From assembly GCA_947478395.1 (NCBI GenBank), contig CANJVR010000002.1, positions 576,001 through 640,000 of the forward strand: a DNA stretch of 64,000 bases, written 5' to 3'. Below are positions 19,557 through 30,600 of the stretch, one piece after another. How positions within the stretch are numbered: position 1 is the stretch's first letter; the number at the start of each line of letters is the position of its first letter. The DNA is from Opitutia bacterium. GTDB taxonomy: Bacteria; Verrucomicrobiota; Verrucomicrobiia; Opitutales; Opitutaceae. The notes beneath the pieces are model-generated. The model searched no databases. It saw nothing but the letters and a program-made list of their open reading frames with translations, and was not told the origin of the DNA. The position numbers and the translations under genes are program-made.

Positions 19557-20648
19557 ATGAGCTATAAACTTTTCATTCCCGGTCCTATCGCCGTCTCGGA
19601 AAAAACGCTTCGCGCCATGGCCCAGCCCATGATCGGCCACCGCAGCACCGACTTCGTCGCACTCTACAACTCGATCCAGCCCGATTTGCAGGCCCTCGCT
19701 TCCACGAAGGATCCCGTTTATATTTCGACCAGCTCGGCCTGGGGCGTGATGGAAGGCGCCCTGCGCAACGTCACCCAAAAGAAGGTGTTGAACTGCATGA
19801 ACGGCGCGTTCTCGGACAAGTGGAACGACGTCGCTCTCCGTTGCGGTAAACCGGCCACCGCGCTCAAGTTCGACTGGGGCCAGCCCATCGATCCCGAGGC
19901 CATCCGCCGCGAACTCGCCACGGGCGCCTACGATTCAATCACGCTGATCCACAACGAAACCTCCTGCGGTTGCATGAGCGATCTGCCGGCGATCATGGCG
20001 GTGCTGCGCGAGTTCCCCGACGTGATCTCAATCGTGGACACCGTCAGCTCGTTCAGCGGCATGCCGATTAAGAAGGATGAACTCGGCATCGACATCCTCA
20101 TCACCGGTTCCCAAAAGGCGCTCGCGCTCCCGCCTGGCCTCTCCCTCATCTCGGCGTCGAAACGCGCGCTCGACCGCGCCGCCAAATCGCCCGAACGCGG
20201 TTACTATTTCGACCTGATCGAGTTTCAGAAAAATCATGAAAACGGCATGACGCCCAGCACGCCAGTCATCCCGCTGATTTACGCGCTCAAATCGAAACTC
20301 GAAGACATCAAGGCCGAGGGCTACGAAACGCGCTACGCCCGCCACGCGCGATTGAACAAAACCGTGCGCGACTTCATTTTCTCAAAAGGTTTCACGCTGT
20401 TTCCGAAGGAAGGCTACGGTTCGGTCACGCTGAACTGTTTCGCCAACACGCAAAACATCGACCTCGGCGCGCTGAACAAAATCCTGAAGTCGAAGCACAA
20501 GCTCGTGATCGATGGCGGCTACGGCAAACTCAAGGGCAAGACCTTCCGTATTTCGAACATGGGCGACGAAACCGACGAGACGATCGCATCGCTCATCAAA
20601 TCGCTCGACGCCGCCCTTGCTGAGACCCCGAAGGCTGTGGCGGTCTGA
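19557..20648 (+). CDS. Class V PLP aminotransferase (alanine-glyoxylate/serine-pyruvate type)
   Basis: LFIPGP, IGHRS, HNETS, VDTVSS, TGSQKALALPPG. Confidence 0.92.
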   Translation: MSYKLFIPGPIAVSEKTLRAMAQPMIGHRSTDFVALYNSIQPDLQALASTKDPVYISTSSAWGVMEGALRNVTQKKVLNCMNGAFSDKWNDVALRCGKPATALKFDWGQPIDPEAIRRELATGAYDSITLIHNETSCGCMSDLPAIMAVLREFPDVISIVDTVSSFSGMPIKKDELGIDILITGSQKALALPPGLSLISASKRALDRAAKSPERGYYFDLIEFQKNHENGMTPSTPVIPLIYALKSKLEDIKAEGYETRYARHARLNKTVRDFIFSKGFTLFPKEGYGSVTLNCFANTQNIDLGALNKILKSKHKLVIDGGYGKLKGKTFRISNMGDETDETIASLIKSLDAALAETPKAVAV

Positions 20649-20997
20649 TATGCACCGGGCGCGAGGGCGCCGCAAAACGCCGCCTCGTTCTGGCAGAGCA
20701 CCAAGGCCGCCGTCGCCGCGGCCTTGGTTAGTCACTTATCTGCCGTTGGCGCCAGCGCCGGAGCACCAGACCAAATCTCCCCGCTCCTTCGCGACCAACT
20801 CTAAAGTGCGGGTCATGGGCGACAGGCAATTGCTCGCGCTTTCCCGGATCGCCCGGTCGCTTTGATCCGTCCGCCCTGGCATCAAACGTTGGTATTTTTC
20901 AACCCGCCGGACGGCGCAAAGAAGCACGAGACGCCGCACTCGCTGAAAACAATTTCTTGCACTTCGTCGCGACGCAGCTAACGGCTCGCGTCAATAA

Positions 20998-23796
20998 ATG
21001 AAGACTCTGATCATCGCCGAGAAGCCGTCCGTCGCGGCGGATTTGGCCAAGGCGCTCGGGAAAATTCCAAAATCCGGCGATCATTATGAGAATGATGAGT
21101 ATGTGATCTCCTCCGCGGTCGGTCACCTCGTGGAACTCGAGATGCCCGAGGATATCGACAAGAAAAAATACGGTTTCTGGCGCCTGGAAATGCTCCCGAT
21201 CGTTCCGGAAAAATTTGGCCTCAAACCGATCGAGGCCTCCAAGGAACGCTTCAGTCATCTCAAAAAGCTCCTCGCCCGCAAAGACATCGATCTGCTCATC
21301 AACGCCTGCGACGCCGGCCGCGAAGGCGAATTGATCTTCACGTACATCTACCAGCTCACAAAGAGCAAAATCCCGTTTAAGCGCGCGTGGATGCAGACGA
21401 TGACCACGGGCGGCATCGAGACGGCCTTCAAGAATCTACGCGGTGCGTCGGAAATGGCCGGCCTCGCCGACGCCGCGCGCTGTCGCAGCGAAAGCGACTG
21501 GCTCATCGGTATCAACGGCACGCGCGCTCTCACCAAGCGTATGTTCGGCTCCCGCGCCGGCAACGTCGCCTCCGTCGGCCGTGTGCAAACCCCCACCCTC
21601 GCCATCATCTTCGCGCGCGAACTCGAAATCCGTAATTTCAAACCTCGCGCATTCTGGCGCGTGACCGCCCAATTCACGATCGCGAAGGGCAGCTACGAAG
21701 GCGTTTACCAGCGCGCCAATTTCAAAAAGTCCGCCGATGACGAACACGACCGCATCGACCGCATTTGGGAACAGGCGCTGGGCGAGGCCGTCCTCGCCGC
21801 CTGTCAGGGCCAGCCATTGGCACGTGTCACCGACGAAAAAAAATCGGCCACGCAAACCGCGCCTCGCCTTTACGATCTGACCACGCTCCAGCGCGAGGCC
21901 AACGGCCGCTTCGGTCTGCCGGCGCGTCGCACGCTCCAAGTGGCGCAGGCCCTCTACGAGCGCCACAAGGTCATCACTTATCCCCGCACCGATTCGCGCG
22001 CGCTGCCCGAGGACTACATTCCCACCTGCCGCGAGACGCTCGGCAACCTGCAGGGCGATCTCGGCAAGCACGCCGCGCACGTCCTGGAGGCCGGCTGGCT
22101 GCGGCCCAACAAGCGCATCTTTAATAATGCTCAGATCTCGGATCACTTCGCGATCATTCCGACCACCACCGAGCCCAAGAATCTCGATGAGATGGAGGCC
22201 AAGGTCTACGATATGATCGCCCGGCGTTTCGTCGCCACGTTTTATCCATCGGCCGAGTTCGACGTGACCACGCGGACCAGCACCGTTGCGCCCGGTCACG
22301 ACTTCAAAACCGAGGGTAAAGTCCTTACGGCCCCCGGCTGGCTCGCGGTCTACGGCAAGAATACCGTCGACGACGATTCGCCCGATTCCAAAGCGCTGCC
22401 CGCGCTCACCGCCGAGGATAAGGCCAAAGCCCCGACGACCGACGCCAAGCTCCACGCCGAATTCACGAAGCCGCCGCCACGCTACACCGAGGCAACGCTG
22501 CTCTCCGCCATGGAAGGCGCGGGCAAACTGGTCGACGACGAAGACATGGCCGAAGCCATGAAAGAGCGCGGGCTCGGCACCCCCGCGACGCGCGCCGACA
22601 CGGTCGAAGGTCTCATCAATCAAAAATACATGGAGCGCGCTCAACGCGAACTCGTGCCGACGCCCAAGGCGGAGTCCCTCCTGCAGTTTCTCACAGCGGT
22701 CAAAGCCGATGCCCTCACGAAACCCGACATGACCGGCGAGTGGGAACAGAAACTCCGCCTCATGGAGCAGGGAAAATTTCCGCGCGACAAATTCATGGCC
22801 GAGATCGTCGAGGTGACCAAAGGCATCGTCGATCGCACGAAGACGTTCGAGGAGGACGATTCCGCTGCGCGCGTGACGGATATCATTTCGCCGACCGACG
22901 GCAAACCGATGCTCGAAACCCTCCGCGGCTACAAATCGCAGGACGCGATCCTGATGGTGTACAAAGTTGTCACCGGTCGAAAGCTGGAGGAGGCCGAGGT
23001 TAAACAGCTCGTCACAAACGGTGAAATCGGACCGCTCGACGGCTTCGTCTCCCCGCGTACGGGCAATCGTTTCCCGGCGAAACTCGTGCTGGCCGACGAT
23101 CCCAAGCACGAAGGCAAACGCCGCGTCGACCTCGATTTTGGCAACAAGTTCGTGCTCTCCGAGCTCACGGCGTTCTGGACTGACCCCAAGACTGGCGCGG
23201 AACTCTGCGAAGCGCCGACCAGCTACGTGCTCCGCGAAAAGAACGGCGATGTTTACGAACAGACCTTCAGCGTGGGCCGACTCATGTGCCAAAAGCCGAT
23301 CACCCGCGAAATCGCCATCCAGCTCGTTTCACAGTCGAAGACAGATCTTATTCAGAGCTTCATTTCGAAAAAGGGCCGCCCCTTCGACGCGTTCCTTGTT
23401 CGCTCCGGCGCAAAATTTTCCTGGGAGTTCCCGCCGCGCAAACCGCGCGTCGGCAAAGACGGCAAAACCATCGAACGGAAAGCCAAGGTGCCGGTCGATT
23501 TCTCGAAGGCGCAAAAACTCATCGAGAGCAAACTTCACGACGGACAGCTCTGGCTGACGGCGGATGCATTTCTCGTCACGAAGCCGCAGGCGGACGGCAG
23601 TCTGCGCCCGGTGTTCGAGGTGAAGCGCGTCCTTTGTCAGAAGGAGCTGCCCGTCGAGGAAATCGAGCGGCTCGTGACCGACGGTCGCACCGGACTGATC
23701 GATGATCTCGTTTCGAAACGCGGTTCGACCTTCAGCGCTTATCTTGTGCTTTCGAAAGACAAGAAAAAGGCCGAATTCGAATTTCCGCCGCGGTAA
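20998..23796 (+). CDS. topB: DNA topoisomerase III with C-terminal repeats
   Basis: IAEKPSVA, DAGREGELI, SVGRVQTPTL, ITYPRTDS, GLGTPATRA. Repeated FISKKGRPF-like C-terminal units. Confidence 0.93.
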   Translation: MKTLIIAEKPSVAADLAKALGKIPKSGDHYENDEYVISSAVGHLVELEMPEDIDKKKYGFWRLEMLPIVPEKFGLKPIEASKERFSHLKKLLARKDIDLLINACDAGREGELIFTYIYQLTKSKIPFKRAWMQTMTTGGIETAFKNLRGASEMAGLADAARCRSESDWLIGINGTRALTKRMFGSRAGNVASVGRVQTPTLAIIFARELEIRNFKPRAFWRVTAQFTIAKGSYEGVYQRANFKKSADDEHDRIDRIWEQALGEAVLAACQGQPLARVTDEKKSATQTAPRLYDLTTLQREANGRFGLPARRTLQVAQALYERHKVITYPRTDSRALPEDYIPTCRETLGNLQGDLGKHAAHVLEAGWLRPNKRIFNNAQISDHFAIIPTTTEPKNLDEMEAKVYDMIARRFVATFYPSAEFDVTTRTSTVAPGHDFKTEGKVLTAPGWLAVYGKNTVDDDSPDSKALPALTAEDKAKAPTTDAKLHAEFTKPPPRYTEATLLSAMEGAGKLVDDEDMAEAMKERGLGTPATRADTVEGLINQKYMERAQRELVPTPKAESLLQFLTAVKADALTKPDMTGEWEQKLRLMEQGKFPRDKFMAEIVEVTKGIVDRTKTFEEDDSAARVTDIISPTDGKPMLETLRGYKSQDAILMVYKVVTGRKLEEAEVKQLVTNGEIGPLDGFVSPRTGNRFPAKLVLADDPKHEGKRRVDLDFGNKFVLSELTAFWTDPKTGAELCEAPTSYVLREKNGDVYEQTFSVGRLMCQKPITREIAIQLVSQSKTDLIQSFISKKGRPFDAFLVRSGAKFSWEFPPRKPRVGKDGKTIERKAKVPVDFSKAQKLIESKLHDGQLWLTADAFLVTKPQADGSLRPVFEVKRVLCQKELPVEEIERLVTDGRTGLIDDLVSKRGSTFSAYLVLSKDKKKAEFEFPPR

Positions 23797-24099
23797 GTTC
23801 GCGTGGGAATACCCAGCCCTCTGGTGGGCCCTTCCTGTTCAGCGTGAGTCGGTCGACCCGACCTTTGGCCGGGTTCCGAAAACCCGCCAAAGGTCCGTTC
23901 TATACCGACGATGAACTAACGCGTCCGAGTGAGGCCTCGCGCACCCGGAGTCGAAAACCGCTGGCCCAGCTATCCCGCCACAGCGAACTCACCGTTTCAG
24001 AGGCCCTCGTACATTTCCGTCCGTCAGGCACAGAATCCGCTTGTCGGTGCAATCCGCAGCTAACTACCGTCCCTCGCTCTCTCAACGCCTCCTGTTACC

Positions 24100-25050
24100 A
24101 TGATCGTCACGACCGCGCAGCTCTTCAAACACGCCTACGGCAAATACGCCATCGGCGCCTACAACATCAATAACGCCGAGCAGGCGATGGGCCTCTTTAA
24201 AGGCGCCATCGATTCCAAGGCTCCGTTTATCATCCAAATCTCGAAGGGCGCGCGGAAATACACCGACAAGCGCATGCTCGAGGCCATCATTCGCTCGGCG
24301 GGAGAGATTTTCCCCGAAGCCATTTTCGCCGTCCACCTCGATCACGGCGACGAACAGACCTGCTACGAATGCATCGATTCCGGCTTTTTTAGCTCCGTCA
24401 TGATCGACGCCTCCCACGATCCGTTCGATGAGAACGTCGCGATCACCAAGCGCGTCGTGGAGAAGGCGCACGCGAAGGGCATTTCCGTCGAGGCCGAACT
24501 CGGTATGCTCGGCGGCGTCGAGGAAGATATCAAAGTCGAGGAAGGTAACGCCTGCCTCACCGACCCGCTCGAGGCCGAGGATTTCGTGAAGAAGACCGGC
24601 TGCGACTCACTGGCCTGCGCCATCGGCACGAGCCACGGCGCCTTCAAATTCAAGGGTAAACAGTCCCTCCACTTCGACGTGCTCGAGAAAATCAAGGCGC
24701 GGCTGCCCGGCTTCCCACTCGTCATGCACGGCTCCTCCTCGGTACCGCAGGACGAAGTCGCCCGCATCAACGCCGCCGGCGGTAAAATCGCCGGCTCGAT
24801 GGGCGTCGACGTCAACGAATACCTTCCCGCCGCCACGCGCGGTGTGACCAAGGTCAACATCGACACCGACGGTCGCCTCGTGTGGACCCGCGTCCACCGC
24901 GAGTATTTCCGCGATAAGCCCGGCGATTTCGATTTCCGTCCGCCCGGCAAAATCTTCATCGAGGAATACGCGAAGTTTATCGCGAGTCGCAACGTCCTCC
25001 TCGGCAGCGCGGGCCAGCTCGACGATCTCAGGAAGAGCCTCGGGAAGTAA
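24100..25050 (+). CDS. fba: Fructose-1,6-bisphosphate aldolase, class II
   Basis: VHLDHG, SSVMIDAS, VEAELG, AIGTSHGAFK, LVMHGSS, KVNIDTD. Confidence 0.96.
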   Translation: MIVTTAQLFKHAYGKYAIGAYNINNAEQAMGLFKGAIDSKAPFIIQISKGARKYTDKRMLEAIIRSAGEIFPEAIFAVHLDHGDEQTCYECIDSGFFSSVMIDASHDPFDENVAITKRVVEKAHAKGISVEAELGMLGGVEEDIKVEEGNACLTDPLEAEDFVKKTGCDSLACAIGTSHGAFKFKGKQSLHFDVLEKIKARLPGFPLVMHGSSSVPQDEVARINAAGGKIAGSMGVDVNEYLPAATRGVTKVNIDTDGRLVWTRVHREYFRDKPGDFDFRPPGKIFIEEYAKFIASRNVLLGSAGQLDDLRKSLGK

Positions 25051-25106
25051 TTTATACTGGAGCAGCGCGGTGCTTCGGCCCGCGTCGTGCCTCTCAGCGC
25101 GCGGAC

Positions 25107-25246
25107 TAAGGCGGTTTAACCAAATACTTAGTCGCTAACGAAATTTCGGCAGGCGTCGCTACCTGCCGAAACGAAGACCCCGAACCCGGCAGACAAAGAC
25201 GCCTGCCGCTACCTTCAACGACCACGGAAAAAGTTAAACCGCTCTC
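25107..25246. mobile_element. ~140-bp MITE with REP doublet, copy B (opposite orientation)
   Basis: Ends TAAGGCGGTTTAA / TTAAACCGCTCTC. Internal CGGCAGGCGTC...GACGCCTGCCGCTAC. Confidence 0.75.
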
Positions 25247-25261
25247 AAGCCTCGTGCCGCC

Positions 25262-26311
25262 ATGTCCCCGCGTTACCCCGCCGCCGATCTGATCGCGTTC
25301 GCCACCGCCCTGCTGGAAAAAAGCGGCCTCGATGCCGACAAAGCGCAGACGGTCGCGGGGATTTTGGTCGAGGGCGATTTACTCGGACACCAGACGCATG
25401 GCTTGCAACTGCTGCCCGGTTATCTCGGCGAACTCGCAAAAGGGGCGATGACGAAAACCGGCGAACCCCGCGTGCTCGCCGATTTCCCCGCGGCCGTCAC
25501 CTGGGATGGCCAGCGACTCCCCGGGCCGTGGCTCACCGTGCGTGCGCTCGACCTCGCGATGGCCCGGGCGAAAATTAACGGCACCTGCACGGTGGTGATT
25601 CGGCGCAGTCATCACATTGCCTGCCTCGCCGCGTACCTTAAGCGCGTCGCGGACCTCGGCTTTCTCGTAATCCTCACCTGCTCCGATCCGGCCCTGAGCA
25701 GCGTCGCTCCGTACGGCGGGCGGCGCAGCGTTTACACACCGAACCCGCTCGCGGCCGCCTGGCCGACGGGTGACGGCGATCCCGTGATCCTCGATGTTTC
25801 AATGTCGGTCACGACGAACGGACTCAGCAACCGGCTATTCAAGGAGGGCAAAAAATTTCCCGGTCCTTGGGCGGTCGATGCGGCCGGCCGCGTTTCCGAC
25901 GATCCCGCGGTTTTATTTTCCACGCCGCCAGGAACGCTCCTGCCGATCGGCGGCGCCGACCACGGACACAAGGGCTATGCGCTCGGACTGCTCGTCGAAA
26001 CCATGACCAGCGCGCTCGCGGGTTTTGGCCGCGCCGACCCGCCTGAAGGTTGGGGCGCCGCCGTGTGCGTGCAGGTTTTCGACCCTCGGCTCTTCGGCGG
26101 GGAAGCTGATTTTCAGCGGCAAACGGCTGCGCTCGCCGAGCGTTGTCGCTCCACGCCTCCGCGCGAGGGATTCGAGCGCGTGCGCTTGCCGGGCGAATCG
26201 GGTCTACGGCGCCGCGCGACGCAGCTCGCGCAGGGAGTGGAACTCTATCCCACAATCATGCCCGGCCTCGCTCCGTGGGCGGAAAAACTCAGTGTACCGT
26301 TTCCCGCGTAA
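25262..26311 (+). CDS. Ldh_2 family (type 2 malate/L-lactate dehydrogenase-like) oxidoreductase
   Basis: GHQTHG, RRSHHIA, TPNPLA, GHKGYAL, VRLPGE. Confidence 0.9.
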   Translation: MSPRYPAADLIAFATALLEKSGLDADKAQTVAGILVEGDLLGHQTHGLQLLPGYLGELAKGAMTKTGEPRVLADFPAAVTWDGQRLPGPWLTVRALDLAMARAKINGTCTVVIRRSHHIACLAAYLKRVADLGFLVILTCSDPALSSVAPYGGRRSVYTPNPLAAAWPTGDGDPVILDVSMSVTTNGLSNRLFKEGKKFPGPWAVDAAGRVSDDPAVLFSTPPGTLLPIGGADHGHKGYALGLLVETMTSALAGFGRADPPEGWGAAVCVQVFDPRLFGGEADFQRQTAALAERCRSTPPREGFERVRLPGESGLRRRATQLAQGVELYPTIMPGLAPWAEKLSVPFPA

Positions 26312-26357
26312 TAACGCGAAAACAGGGCCCATGATCAATCATCCGCCGCTGCGACTT

Positions 26358-26464
26358 CCGAGCGGTCTAAGTTTTTTCGCCGCCGCATGGTGTAGCGGCG
26401 GGCGTCTCGGCCCGCCGGGTTCGGCGTCCTCGTCGCCGGCCACGCCTTTGCTTAAATCGGTCTA
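26358..26464. mobile_element. MITE copy C (second REP arm deleted)
   Basis: CCGAGCGGTCTAAGTTTTTTCGC..GTAGCGGCGGGCGTCTCGGCCCGCCGGG..TTAAATCGGTCTA. Confidence 0.65.
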
Positions 26465-26531
26465 GCCACTGCGCGCGCGGCATCCAGCCGGCGCGTTAAA
26501 CTTAACGCGGCCTGCCCTTTTCGAAATCCCT

Positions 26532-27365
26532 TTACGGTAACCAGGGAAATTTCCGGGCCTCAGGCTTTCGCTTCTCGCGCTGCGCGGAGTGAAACTCCTT
26601 CGCCTCCTCGCTCATATAATAAAGTAGCGTCGCGTTACCGGCGAGTTCTTGGATACCGGACTGGCCATCGAGCTCGGCGTTGAACGCGCTTTTGAGGCAG
26701 CGAATCGCAAGTGGACTGTGTTGCAGAATCTGTTGCGCCCATTTGACGCCCTCGTTTTCGAGTTCGGCCACGGGCACCACGGTGTTGACCAAGCCCATTT
26801 CCAATGCCTCGGCTGCGCTGTATTGGCGGCAGAGAAACCAGATCTCTCGGGCTTTCTTTTGTCCGACGATCCGCGCCAGATAACTCGAACCGAATCCGCC
26901 GTCGAAGCTGCCCATTTTGGGGCCAACCTGCCCGAAAATGCCATTGTCGGCCGCGATGGTCAGATCGCAAACCAGGTGCAGCACGTGCCCGCCGCCGATC
27001 GCGTAGCCGGCGACGAGGGCAATCACGACCTTCGGCATCGAGCGGATCAGTTTCTGCAGATCGAGCACGTTGAGCCGGGGTACGCCATCGCCCCCCACAT
27101 ACCCCGCGTGACCACGGACGCTTTGGTCGCCGCCGGCGCAGAAGGCGAATTTCCCGTCGGTGTGCGGACCCGCGCCTGTGAGCAAAACCACGCCCACGCT
27201 CGGATCCTCGCGCGCGTCGATGAACGCGTCGTGCATCTCCATGATCGTCTCCGGGCGAAAGGCGTTCCGCTTGGCGGGCCGGTTGATCGTCACCTTCGCG
27301 ATGCCGTCGGCTTTGTGATAAAGGATGTCCTTGTAGGTCTTCGCGACCTTCCAGTCTAAACTCAT
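26532..27365 (-). CDS. menB: 1,4-dihydroxy-2-naphthoyl-CoA synthase
   Basis: [46 protein letters not shown]. Confidence 0.97.
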   Translation of the reverse strand: MSLDWKVAKTYKDILYHKADGIAKVTINRPAKRNAFRPETIMEMHDAFIDAREDPSVGVVLLTGAGPHTDGKFAFCAGGDQSVRGHAGYVGGDGVPRLNVLDLQKLIRSMPKVVIALVAGYAIGGGHVLHLVCDLTIAADNGIFGQVGPKMGSFDGGFGSSYLARIVGQKKAREIWFLCRQYSAAEALEMGLVNTVVPVAELENEGVKWAQQILQHSPLAIRCLKSAFNAELDGQSGIQELAGNATLLYYMSEEAKEFHSAQREKRKPEARKFPWLP

Positions 27366-27454
27366 CGCGCGAAAGTACGTGCCGCCGTCGTTTTGTCGAG
27401 GGCGACCGATTGAACACTCACGTCTCCTCGCGCTTTCATCGCGGCGAACCAAGT

Positions 27455-27593
27455 CGGCGCGATTTATTTTTTCCGCGGCGGTCTCATAGGGCGGCCGGGC
27501 GTCCCGGCCCGCCGGGATTGGCGTCCCCATTTTGGCCGCAGGGACGCCTGCCGCTACGCCGCTCGCGGCTGCGCTTTTGGCTAAATCGCCCTA
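27455..27593. mobile_element. MITE copy D
   Basis: GCGATTTATTTTTTCCGCGG..GGGCGTCCCGGCCCGCCGGG..GGGACGCCTGCCGCTAC..CTAAATCGCCCTA. Confidence 0.65.
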
Positions 27594-27652
27594 AAAGCTA
27601 ATGGAGGCGAGTGAGACGAAAACTTTTCGACTTCCGATGGATTTCGCCGGCA

Positions 27653-30600
27653 TCAAACGGATGCCGCTGACGGACGCGCGCCGGTGACCGCTTCCGCGAT
27701 GTTCTGCGAGTACACTTCAGGTTCACCACGCTCCGGATTGAACTTCATCGAGACCGTCCGCGACACACCCCGCTCTTCCATCGTCACGCCGTAAATCGCG
27801 CTCGCCGCCGAAACGGTGCGCTTGTTGTGCGTGATAATAATGAACTGCGACTCGCCCACGAATTTTTTCAACAGCTCCGTGAAGCGGCCAATGTTCGATT
27901 CGTCGAGCGGAGCATCCAACTCGTCGAGCAAACAAAACGGCGAAGGCTTCACCATGTAGAGTGCGAAGAGCAGCGCGACCGCGGTGAGCGTTTTCTGTCC
28001 GCCCGACAACAGCGTGATGCTTTTCAGTTTCGTACCGGGCGGCTGCGCCACGATCTCGATGCCGCTCTCCAGAATATCGTCGGTGAGAATCAGCTCGAGC
28101 GCCGCGCGCCCCCCGCCGAACAACGTTTGGAACGTATACTCGAAGTTCTTTTTGATCTGCTCGAACGTCACCGCGAACTGTTGCTGCGAGGTCTGGTTGA
28201 TCTCGTCGATCGCCTTGATGAGCTCCGTCTTTGCGTTGGTGAGATCGTCGACTTGGGCGCGCAAGAAATCGTGCCGCTGCTTCAGCTCGGCGTACTCCTC
28301 GATCGCCACAAGGTTGACCGCGCCCATGCCGTTCAGGCGCGCGCGCAACGCGTCGATCTCGGCCTTGGTCCCGTCCCACTGAGTGCTATCAAGCGCGGCC
28401 AGATCCTCGGCCGTCGGCTCGGGCTTGGGTCCTTTGGGTTTCCGGCGGCGTTTCACGGCGCTGGCGTCTTCGCCCGCGGCCTCGGTCTTGTTTTCCGTCT
28501 CATCATCTTCTTCGTCGAGGTCGAGCGGCTGCACCCCCTCCGGCTCGTCATCCGAGCGCCACAGCAAAAGTTTCCAATCGAGACTCGCGATGTCGGCTTG
28601 AAATTCCCGGGTAACTTCCTCGGCGATGAACAACGCGCGCTGACGGTCCCCGGCGAGCTTGATTTCGTTGGTGGCGAGTTGGCCCGTGGCCGACTCTGAT
28701 TCCGCGCGCAGCGAATGCTGCGCCGACTCGAGCCGGTTAATTTCAATTTCCAGTGCGGCGAGTTCGCCCCGGATTTTCTCAACCTGTTCCTGCGCGACAA
28801 CCAAGGTTTCCGCCAACTGAATGGAACGGCTGCGCTGGGTGTCGGAATCGACGGCGAGTTCGCCAACTTGCTCGGTCCACGTCTCGATCTCCTGCTGACG
28901 CTGCACTAACAACTCGCCGAGTTGCTGCCGACGGCGTTCCATTTCGCCGAGACCGCGGTCGAGCACCTCCACTTTTTGGCGGCGTTCCGCGAGTTCGAGG
29001 CGCGCTTGGGCGAGCGAATCGCGTTTCACGTCGCGCTCGGTGCGGAGTTCGCCGATGCGACGCTCGCATTGGGCGATGCGCTCCCGCTGTTCAGCCGCGG
29101 CCGTTTCCGCCACGGTGAGTCCCGCCTGCGCTTTTTCCCAGCGCGCGTGAGCTTCGTTGCGCGCGTGCTCGAGCGAAACTAATTCACCCTCCATCCGCCG
29201 CAGCCGGTTGGCCACGTCGTCGACGTTTTTCTGCGCGTTACGCTGCTCGGCCTGCACCGCGGCGAGGGTTTGCGTCGCGGTGAGCACGTCGGCGCGACAT
29301 CTTTCAATCGTCTGCTCCGCTTCAGCCAGGCGCGTGTTAATCGCGTCGATGACCGATTTTTGTTCGTCGTGCGCCTTTTGCTCCTCGGCTAGGGCCCGGG
29401 CCGTTTCGCGCAGGTCGATTTCACGTTGCACGATGCTATTGGACGATTTCTTCGCACCGTGATGTCCGCCGTAGATTAAGCCCCGCCGGTCCACGAGATC
29501 GCCTTTACGCGTCGCGACCGCGAGAAACGCAAAGCCCGGATTGGCCCGCCAGAATTCGAGAAACGCTCCGAGATCGTCCGCGATGTAACAACTTCCGAAC
29601 AGGGCGAGCGCCGCGTGTCCGCTCTCGTCGGAGCCCACCGCCACCGACGCCGGCACTAGGCCCGCGGGCAATTCGTAGGCCGCTTCCTGACGAACGCCGA
29701 AATCCGTGACGCGCAAGATGGCCGAACCAATCTGCTCGCCTTCGAGTTGCGCGAGGATCCGCTGGGCCGTGCCGAGATCGGTCACACTGATCGCCTCCGC
29801 GGCGGCTCCGAGGATCGCTTCAATCGCTTTGCCGAATTCGGGTTTTACCTCGAGCCCGTGCGTGATCGGCCAGGCTTTCGCGCCCGCGAGTGCGCCATCG
29901 AGCCGGCCTTGCAACACGGCCTTGGCGCCCTCGCCGAAACCCTCCCAGCGCTCTTGCAGCTGCTGGAGAAGCTTCAAGCGGGCGGCGCGCTGCGCGAGCT
30001 GCCGGTCGATTTCCGAAAGTTTTCGCTGGGCCTCGCGAAATTCGTGCGTGAGATCGGTAATCGCCTGCTGCGCCGCGGCCGATTCGTTGTTCGCCCGCGA
30101 TTTTTCGGCGAGCGATTCCTCGGCGCGAACATCCAATTCGGCCGCGACCTGCGCCGCGCCAGTCTGCTCCTGACGCACACCTTCGAGTGCTTGCGCCAAC
30201 GCTTCGTGGCGATGTGCGCTGGTCTTTTGGTCGACCTCGTAGCCGGAGCAATCGGTGCGGAGGCGGGCCACGGTGCTCTCGAATTGGAGCAGCTGAAACT
30301 TCAGCTGCTGCATCTCCTGCTCAAGATGGGTCAATTCCCCCTCGACCACCGTTTGATCGCGGTTGCGCTGCTGAAACACCGCGTCGCTGCTGCCGAGCAG
30401 CCCGAGCTGCATCTGTTTGTCCTGAGCGCCGGAATCGACCTGCGCGGCTACTTCCCGCAACTGCATTTCAAGTTCACCCAAATTAGCGCGGGACGAACCG
30501 AGCCGGTCCTCGATGCCGTTGCGTCGGATCGTGGCCAGATTGGCGGCGTTTTCCGCGGCCTCTTTCTGGGAACGGACATCGTAGACGGCTTGCTGCGCGT

